Position numbers and translations under genes: made by a program
Notes under the pieces: generated by a model
Database searches by the model: none
What the model was told of the DNA's origin: nothing
What the model saw: only the letters and a program-made list of their open reading frames with translations
Shown here: positions 25,065 to 31,522 of the stretch, piece by piece
Numbering within the stretch: position 1 is the stretch's first letter
Layout: every line of letters starts with the position of its first letter
NCBI GenBank assembly: GCA_033764015.1
Contig: JANRJK010000034.1
Location: 1 to 31,522 of the forward strand
Source of the DNA: Candidatus Sumerlaeia bacterium
Lineage (GTDB): Bacteria; Sumerlaeota; Sumerlaeia; SLMS01; JANRJK01
Direction: 5' to 3'
DNA length: 31,522 nucleotides

Positions 25065-25450
25065 AGGTATCCCATCCCGTCATCTTCACCGATTTGACTA
25101 TCTGCAAACTCTAATCCGCAAGCATAATGTTGGAACGGTCGCATTCTCCCGGTCGTCCTACAACCACATCCCATCTGTTCCGTGTAGACGAGATACTGCC
25201 AAGCACAGCGCGCCTCCGCCAACAAGGTCGAAGTCACGATCCTGTGTGACTGACTACCGGAGTACGCGACATCCCAAAAGCAGGATCCGGTACATCCCGA
25301 ATCCTGGGACTCCCCCTCGCAGGTAGAGTACAACGAGAACTCTACCTCTAGCCCGCACGGGTTCACCGCCGCCTCCGCCGTCCTCTTTGTCGCCACCAAC
25401 AGGAGGGCGCATGCGCCCAGAACCGAGATCACCGCGAGCAACTTTGCCAT
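25061..25450 (-). CDS. Small secreted cysteine-rich protein
   Basis: AAGGAGA RBS, ATG 25450; signal peptide ending AEA; 8 Cys in a ~100-aa mature region. Confidence 0.72.
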   Translation of the reverse strand: MAKLLAVISVLGACALLLVATKRTAEAAVNPCGLEVEFSLYSTCEGESQDSGCTGSCFWDVAYSGSQSHRIVTSTLLAEARCAWQYLVYTEQMGCGCRTTGRMRPFQHYACGLEFADSQIGEDDGMGYL

Positions 25451-25501
25451 GTGCTGAAGCTCTCCTTGAATGTGCGGCGGGCGAGGGGTTCTCGCAGACG
25501 C

Positions 25502-25532
<31 letters not shown>

Positions 25533-25612
25533 CAAGCACTTTTTTCGGGACTTTCTTCGGGGATTGAACCGCTTGAACTTCCTCCCCGCCCCCCAACGCG
25601 AGCCCGGCCCCC

Positions 25613-27241
25613 TCAATCCCGCTGCAGCACCACCACGGTGACGTCGTCCTCCCAGGGGGCGGGGCCGCGGTGGGCGTCCGCGGCGGCGAGGAGCGACGCC
25701 AGCACGTCGTCGGGGCCGGCGTGGCTTGGCGATTCGCGCAGGATGCGCAGGATCGGGTCGTGCCCGAGGAGGCGCCCCGCCGGGTCCATGCACTCGCGCA
25801 GGCCGTCCGTCAGCACGATGAGGCGTTGGCCCGGTTCGATGGAGCCTTCCACGGCGGGCTTGCGCACCTTGAGCCCCGGGAAGAGGCCCAGCGGCGGGGA
25901 GTTGGTCGGCAGCAGCTCGGGCTCGCCGCGCCCGACCAGCAGCGAGGGCTCGTGCCCCGCGGAGAAGTGGCGGAAGCGGGCGCGCGAGGCGTCGATCTCG
26001 AGCAGCGCCAGCGTGAAGAACTCGCCGTTCGGCAGGTCGTCGCACAGGCGGTGGTTCAGGCGCTCGATGATCTCCTCCAGCGGGTGCCCGTGGTCCACGA
26101 GGAGGCGCAGGTTCGCGCGCGCGGAGGCCATCATCAGCCCCGACTCGAGGCCGTGGCCGCTGATGTCGCCTACCGCCACCCAAAGCGTGTCGCCGCGGCG
26201 GATGAAGTCGTAGTAGTCGCCGCCGACATGCTGGCTCATGATGTTGCGCGCCGCGCTGCGGAAGCCCTCGCAGGACGGGGTGGTGCGGGGCAGCAGGCTC
26301 GCCTGCAGCCGCGAGGCCAGGCCGATCGCGCCGCGCAGCCGCTCGGTTTCCTCCAGCGACGCCACCATGTTGTTGAAGTGGTCCGCCACCTGGCCCACCT
26401 CGTCGTAGGTGCGGATCGCGATCCGCGCGGAGAAGTCCCCCTTCGCCACGCGGTCCAGCGCCCCGCGGAAGCGCGCCGCCCGGCTCGCCAGCCGCAAGCC
26501 GCCGAAGAGCGCCATCGGCGTGAACGCCAGCGCGAACAACAGAATCGGCCACACGAAGCCCGAGACGTAGTGCCACACGAACCCGGTGTCCTCCGCCTGG
26601 TAGTACGCCATGGTGAGGCGCGCGTCCGACAGGTCCCACCCCTCGCGCGCGGCGGCGTCGCGCAGCCCCGGCCCGAGGAGGTGCGCCACTTGGCACTGCA
26701 CGAAGAGCACTGGCAGCGAAGCCGCGGTATCGTCCTCGCCGCCGGCGGCGAAGTTGGTGAACCGCTCGCCGGGCGGAAGCGCGGCGGGGAACTCGCCGGC
26801 GAAGGGAAGCTGCCGGTCCGCCCCTCCGAACGCGGAGGTCGCCAGCACGCGCCACGCGCCCTCCTTGCGCGCGACGAGCGCGAACTCCTGCACCGGCGCG
26901 GTGCCTTGGCGCTCCGCGGCCTCCTGCGACGATGTCCAGATGGTGCGCAGGAGCGACTCCATCGCGGGCGATGGCCCGCGCGCGCGCCGCTCCATACCGG
27001 CCGCCTCCAGCGCCGCCGTGTCCAGGTGCTCGGGAGCGAAGACCGCGAGGTCCGCATGCAGGTCGCGAAGCAGCGTACGGACCTCGCGGAGGTATTGCTT
27101 GGAAAGCAGGTACGTCAGCAGTCCGCCGAACGCCAGCGCCACGACGCAGACGAACGCGACCACCTGCGCCGCGACCGGGAACAGGACCGGGCGGACCGGC
27201 CGCCCGAAGGACGCCGAGGAGGAGGGGGTTCCCTCAGCCAC
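25613..27241 (-). CDS. Membrane sensor: 2 TM + HAMP + PP2C/SpoIIE (RsbU-like) Ser/Thr phosphatase
   Basis: HAMP DRVAKGDFSARI...DEVGQVADHFNNM; LQASLLP, VGGDYYD, VGDISGHG, SAGHEP, LTDGLRE, DDVTVV. Confidence 0.93.
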   Translation of the reverse strand: MAEGTPSSSASFGRPVRPVLFPVAAQVVAFVCVVALAFGGLLTYLLSKQYLREVRTLLRDLHADLAVFAPEHLDTAALEAAGMERRARGPSPAMESLLRTIWTSSQEAAERQGTAPVQEFALVARKEGAWRVLATSAFGGADRQLPFAGEFPAALPPGERFTNFAAGGEDDTAASLPVLFVQCQVAHLLGPGLRDAAAREGWDLSDARLTMAYYQAEDTGFVWHYVSGFVWPILLFALAFTPMALFGGLRLASRAARFRGALDRVAKGDFSARIAIRTYDEVGQVADHFNNMVASLEETERLRGAIGLASRLQASLLPRTTPSCEGFRSAARNIMSQHVGGDYYDFIRRGDTLWVAVGDISGHGLESGLMMASARANLRLLVDHGHPLEEIIERLNHRLCDDLPNGEFFTLALLEIDASRARFRHFSAGHEPSLLVGRGEPELLPTNSPPLGLFPGLKVRKPAVEGSIEPGQRLIVLTDGLRECMDPAGRLLGHDPILRILRESPSHAGPDDVLASLLAAADAHRGPAPWEDDVTVVVLQRD

Positions 27242-27602
27242 CCGCGGCCTTGCGCGCGCGACGCGCGTCGATGAACGACTTCACCATCACTCCCATCACC
27301 GCCCACGACAGCACCGCGTTGGTTAGTAGGAACAGCGCGACGGTGCGCTTGTCGGGGTCCTGGAACGCGATGAAGAAGCGGATCGAGGTCGGCAGCGCGA
27401 TCAGCAGCAGCAGCACCACGAAGAGGTGCATCAGGTGTTTGCGCAGGCGCTCGTTGGCGAGCGCGATGCCGCAGCACATGGCGCCGGCCATGCCGAAGGC
27501 GCTGCCGAGCAGCGCCGTCCTGCCCCCCGTCAGGTAGTAGCCCGCGAGGCCGATGAGGATCATCGCGAGGCTGTAGGCGAGGCCGATCTTGGGTGCGTTC
27601 AT
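27234..27602 (-). CDS. Small 4-TM membrane protein (TMEM14-like)
   Basis: AGGAG upstream; MNAPKIGLAYSLAMILIGLAGYYLTGGRTALLGSAFG...RKHLMH...VKSFIDARRAR. Confidence 0.78.
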   Translation of the reverse strand: MNAPKIGLAYSLAMILIGLAGYYLTGGRTALLGSAFGMAGAMCCGIALANERLRKHLMHLFVVLLLLIALPTSIRFFIAFQDPDKRTVALFLLTNAVLSWAVMGVMVKSFIDARRARKAAGG

Positions 27603-27694
27603 GGGAAGGCGCTCCTGCGGTTGGCGGTCGCGCCGCCGGGGGGATCCCAGCGCGTGCGACGCCCCGGCGCGAGCGAAACCGGGGCCCGAGTTCG

Positions 27695-28339
27695 TCAGGC
27701 GAAGCCCCGCAGCCAGCGCAGCGCGGCGTCCTGGTCGCCGCCGGTGAGCTGGTGCCCCGTCGGGAACCAGCGGTGGTCCAGCTCGGCGCCCGCGGCCTCG
27801 AGCGCCGCGGCCAGCCGCCGCGCGCTTTCCGGCGGGCAGATCGGGTCGCGTTCGCCGGAGAGCGCCAGCACGCGCGACGGGGCCGCCCCCGCCGCGGGCG
27901 CGTCCGCGAACATCATCATCGGGCGCAGCAGCACCGCACCCGCGAACACGCCCGGGAACAGCAGCATCATCGCCGCGGCGATGTTGGCGCCGTTCGAGTA
28001 CCCCACCGCGACAAGGCGGCGCCCCGCGAGGCCGTGCGCCTCCGCCGCCTGCGCGAGGAACCCGCGGAGCGCCTCGGCCTCGCCGCGGATGTTCTTCTCG
28101 TCGAACACGCCTTCCGCGTAGCGGCGGAAGAACCGGTTCGCCCCGCCCTCCGGCACCCGCCCGCGCGGCGACAGCACCGGCGCCGCCGTCAGGTCGCCGA
28201 GGAAGCCCAGCATCGCGTACTCGTCGCCCCCCGTCCCGTGGAAGCCCACCGCGGTCCAGCCCGGGTCGCCCGTCCGCGCCGGAACATGCGCGTAGTGGAA
28301 GCCTGCGAGGTGCCCCCCGCCGATGTCCGCCAATGTCAT
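27695..28339 (-). CDS. Alpha/beta hydrolase (phospholipase/carboxylesterase, MhqD-like)
   Basis: HGTGGDE, SPRGRV.EGGANRFFRR, GYSNGANIAA nucleophile elbow, GERDPI, GHQL. Confidence 0.92.
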   Translation of the reverse strand: MTLADIGGGHLAGFHYAHVPARTGDPGWTAVGFHGTGGDEYAMLGFLGDLTAAPVLSPRGRVPEGGANRFFRRYAEGVFDEKNIRGEAEALRGFLAQAAEAHGLAGRRLVAVGYSNGANIAAAMMLLFPGVFAGAVLLRPMMMFADAPAAGAAPSRVLALSGERDPICPPESARRLAAALEAAGAELDHRWFPTGHQLTGGDQDAALRWLRGFA

Positions 28340-28357
28340 GGCGCGCGCCCTTTCGCC

Positions 28358-30151
28358 TTAGAAGTCCATGCCGGAATCCAACTCGTCCATATCGCCCGCC
28401 AGCGGCTCCGTATGCAGCAGGAAGCCCTCGATGCCGGCCCGCGCCCATTGCGGCGGCGACTCGCGCAGCGTGTCGGCGTCGCGCGCCGCGACCTTGATCG
28501 GGCCGGGTGGCAGGCCGGTCAGCTCGAACTCGCCTCCGGGGCCGATCGGCGCCTCGACCCGGTAGAGCGACGTGCCCTCCCAGGACGACAGGAGGACCGT
28601 GCCGCGGGTGAGCGCCGAGCCGTCGCCGCGCAGCACGCGCCCGCGCAGCACCCCCGCCGCGGGCAGCGAGAAATCCGCCACTCGGCGCGCGGCGAAGCTC
28701 CCGGTTTCGACGCGCACCGCCGCCGGCGCCGCCAGCAGCCGGCCGCGCCCCACCGTTTCGCGCAGGTCCCAGTCCCCCGGGAGCGACCCCGGCGTGACCG
28801 CGTACTTCCCCGCCCAGAACGTGCCTTCCGCCCCGGTCGCCTCCACGGTGAGGCGTCCTTCGATCTGCATCTTCTCCGCGTCGAGGCGCCCCTCGTACCG
28901 GACCACGCCGGGCAGCCCGCCGCTCCCGCGGTCGCGCCGCTCCATGCGCACCGTGTCGCCCTCGAGCGTAATCCTGAAGTCGGACGAGTACCCGCCGGGC
29001 CACGGCTCGACCACGCCCTCGCCGGTGCCGTCCGCGCCCATCGCCGAGATGAAGAACTCCCCCGAGTCGCGCCGCTCGGAGGTCGACGCCGGAAGCGCGA
29101 CCGCCGTGAACCGCGTCGCCGTCTCGAACGGCCCGAGGCTCCAGCGCCCCTCCGCGTCCGCCAGCGCGCGGGCCACCTCGCGACCCCGCGGGTCCGCCAG
29201 CACCACCGAGGCGCCGCCCGCCGCGGCCCCGTCAGGGCCGCTGATGCGCCCCGCCAGCGTGACGCCCGCACGCAGCCGCAGCTCGATGCCGCCGCCGCCG
29301 CGCTCCGCCTCGGAAAGCGGACGCCGCACCGGCAGCCACTCCGGCGCCATCGCCTCGACCACCGCCTCCTCCACCTCCTCCGGCACCGCGCGCAGTTCGA
29401 AGGTGCCGTCGGTCTTCACCCGCTCGCGCTGCCATCCCGTCGGCGACGAGAACACGATGCTCGCCTGCTTCGCCGGATTGCCCAGCGGATCGAGCACCAC
29501 GCCCTTCAGCGGCGCCGCGGGCTCCAGCACGATGTCCTGCCCCTCCAGCAGCTCCGCCTGCTCCGGAACGATCTCCAAGAAGCCGTCGGTGAAGCCCGAC
29601 TTCGAGAAGCGGATCGTGGTCGGCGAGCCCACGGGGAGGCCGAAGAACTCGTACGCGCCGCCGCGCTCGCTGGTGGAGCCCGACATGCCCGGCGCGCTGA
29701 TCGACACGCCCTCCAGCGGGTTGCCGCCCCGGTCGCGCACCGTGCCGGTCGCCGCGGCCCCCGGCTCGACGACGAGATCCACGCGGACCGGCAGCTCCGC
29801 CGAGTCCGCGCGCACGATCTTCAGCGCCTCCACGAAGCGCGGCGAGCGCGTGTTGAACTGCAGCCCGAAGCGCGGGATGGCGAACTTGGACAGGTCGAAG
29901 GAGAACTCGCCGTTCGCGTCGGTGCGCGTGCGCAGCACCTCGACCTGGCGGCGGATCCGCATGTCGGTGACTTCGAGGATCACCTGCACGTTCGATGCGG
30001 GGCCGTCGGCGGTGCGCACGGAACCGTCGGCGCGGAGCGGGTTCTCCGGCGCGGCGAACTCGTCGTTGAGGTCCTCGATGCGGAGGTCCTGCGCCGGCGC
30101 CGCGCAGGCCCAGAGCGCGAGCAGCAGCGCGAGCAGTGTGCGGAGCGCCAT
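28358..30151 (-). CDS. Secreted protein with repeated carboxypeptidase-regulatory-like (transthyretin-fold) domains
   Basis: Signal peptide; repeats GTVRDRGGNPLEGVSI, GVVLDPLGNPAKQASI, GRISGPDGAAAGGASV, GRVLRGDGSALTRGTV; GEFELTGLPPG. Confidence 0.85.
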   Translation of the reverse strand: MALRTLLALLLALWACAAPAQDLRIEDLNDEFAAPENPLRADGSVRTADGPASNVQVILEVTDMRIRRQVEVLRTRTDANGEFSFDLSKFAIPRFGLQFNTRSPRFVEALKIVRADSAELPVRVDLVVEPGAAATGTVRDRGGNPLEGVSISAPGMSGSTSERGGAYEFFGLPVGSPTTIRFSKSGFTDGFLEIVPEQAELLEGQDIVLEPAAPLKGVVLDPLGNPAKQASIVFSSPTGWQRERVKTDGTFELRAVPEEVEEAVVEAMAPEWLPVRRPLSEAERGGGGIELRLRAGVTLAGRISGPDGAAAGGASVVLADPRGREVARALADAEGRWSLGPFETATRFTAVALPASTSERRDSGEFFISAMGADGTGEGVVEPWPGGYSSDFRITLEGDTVRMERRDRGSGGLPGVVRYEGRLDAEKMQIEGRLTVEATGAEGTFWAGKYAVTPGSLPGDWDLRETVGRGRLLAAPAAVRVETGSFAARRVADFSLPAAGVLRGRVLRGDGSALTRGTVLLSSWEGTSLYRVEAPIGPGGEFELTGLPPGPIKVAARDADTLRESPPQWARAGIEGFLLHTEPLAGDMDELDSGMDF

Positions 30152-30166
30152 GCGCGCCCTTTCCCC

Positions 30167-31228
30167 TTAGTCGGCCCCGGGGGGATCGCTCCGGGCGAAC
30201 CCGACGGAGAGGCCCAGATGGTCCGAGGCCCCGGCGCCGAAGAATCGCGCCGAGCGGGCTACAAAGTGCTCCGAAGCGAACGCATGGTCAATCTGCCAGA
30301 TGGGCGCTTCCGCGGGCCAAGTGGCGAGGTGGCGCGGCCCGTCCGGCGCCACCGAGAGGTCGGTCCATCCGGCGAACGCGCGGCGCAGCAGGCGGCTTTG
30401 CCGCGGCGTGTTGAAGTCCCCCACCACCACAGAGGGGAGCCGCTCCGCCGCGAGCACCCCTTCCAGCTCGGCGAAGAGCGCCGGCGCGTCGCGCTCCAGC
30501 GGCCACGGGAAGTCCACTAGGTAGAACGCCGCCGGCCCGCCGCCGAGCTGCGCCTCGCTGCGGAAGATGTAAGCCCCCGCCCCGCTTTCGATCCGCCGCG
30601 TCGCCCCGAGCGGCGCCCGCGCCGCAACCGCCAGCCGCCGCGCCACCACCCACCGGTACTCCGGACCCAGCGACCGCTTCAGCTCCTCCGGCACGCGCCC
30701 GTTCACCGTCGCCTCCAGCAGGCCGACCACATCCGGGCGCTCCGCCCGCAGCAGCTCGCCGATCCGCTTCGGCGACGCGCTGTTGTAGGTCTGCACGTTG
30801 AAGACGACCGCCCGGACCTCGCCCTCGCCCGCTTCGTCCGGACCGCCCGGCGGCAGCAGCGCGGGCTGCTCGCGGAGGACGCCCAGCGCGCCCAGCAGCA
30901 TCGCCGCCCCGGCGAGCCCCGCCCGCGCCGACCGGCGGCCGGGCAGCACCAGCGCGCCCAGCAGCGCCGGCAGGACCGCCGCCGCCGCCGGCAGGTACAC
31001 GAACGGCAGCAGCACCCGCCACCCATCGCCCGGCCACCAGCGCCCCGCAAGCGCCACCAACGCCGGCGCCAGCAGGCACGAGCCCGCGACAAGCCGCGCG
31101 CGGCGCCGGAAAGGGGTCGGTCTGGTCGGATTGCCCAAGGCGCGCGTCCTCCCCCCGATCCACCGCCCCCCGCACCAAGACCGCCAAGCCGAATGCGAGA
31201 GGGCGGATGGACGGCCGGGACTGCGCAC
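30167..31228 (-). CDS. Membrane-anchored endonuclease/exonuclease/phosphatase (EEP) family protein
   Basis: N-terminal TMs; FNV, PDVVGLLE, VVVGDFNTP, TWP...QIDHAF, SDHLGL. Start uncertain. Confidence 0.88.
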   Translation of the reverse strand: MRSPGRPSALSHSAWRSWCGGRWIGGRTRALGNPTRPTPFRRRARLVAGSCLLAPALVALAGRWWPGDGWRVLLPFVYLPAAAAVLPALLGALVLPGRRSARAGLAGAAMLLGALGVLREQPALLPPGGPDEAGEGEVRAVVFNVQTYNSASPKRIGELLRAERPDVVGLLEATVNGRVPEELKRSLGPEYRWVVARRLAVAARAPLGATRRIESGAGAYIFRSEAQLGGGPAAFYLVDFPWPLERDAPALFAELEGVLAAERLPSVVVGDFNTPRQSRLLRRAFAGWTDLSVAPDGPRHLATWPAEAPIWQIDHAFASEHFVARSARFFGAGASDHLGLSVGFARSDPPGAD

Positions 31229-31317
31229 GATGTACTGCGCTCCCGCATCTGGATCACACGGTCACCCGTGTCACCCCCGCCCGGCGGCGGCTCCGGCCAG
31301 TTGCCCCGGGTATTCGG

Positions 31318-31522
31318 CTTGAAGCCCGTCGAGGCGTATGAGTACAGTCCCTACGGTGTGCCGACGATCCACTCGCGCGAAGCGGACGGATCGGCGCAGC
31401 TCCGGGTCTGGGACGAGGCGAAGGTGTCGGTAAGGGCAGCAAACGGAACGCTCTCCTCGAACGCCCGCGAAGGCGTGGCGGCGGGCGCCCTGCTCGCCCC
31501 GGCGGTCCGCACCACGCAGTCC
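31318..31522 (+). repeat. Rhs core repeat copy 3 (start of another orphan cassette; truncated by window end)
   Basis: Encodes LKPVEAYEYSPYGVPTIHSREADGSAQLRVWDEAKV... and has the same 5' boundary as copy 2. Confidence 0.93.

Overview
High-GC bacterial chromosomal segment. The YDPTNG-type pilin-like proteins and a short Trp-containing C-terminal tail on a secreted protease resemble what I recall from Ca. Sumerlaeota/BRC1; this assignment is inference only. Positions 1-4.15 kb are a lower-GC polymorphic-toxin island: two orphan Rhs core + toxin + immunity cassettes, a broken tyrosine recombinase and a small orphan gene. The window ends in a third copy of the same Rhs core, and its last 115 nt are identical to its first 115 nt. 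Between them are housekeeping and metabolic genes (rph, a lone nuoC, a UbiD/MqnL-type decarboxylase, hisS, agmatinase, rpsT, three flavoproteins, a cupin, a HAMP-PP2C phosphatase, an esterase, an EEP protein). Several accessory units deserve follow-up: three tandem small 2-TM paralogs; an ECF sigma / inverted-topology FecR-like / pilin operon; an M10 metalloprotease; a membrane-anchored pilin-head-TPR fusion; a highly structured ~200-nt RNA candidate downstream of rpsT; and a low-GC Cys-rich secreted protein + lipoprotein pair behind a (CT)13 promoter microsatellite. All calls were made by eye from motifs; no searches were run.
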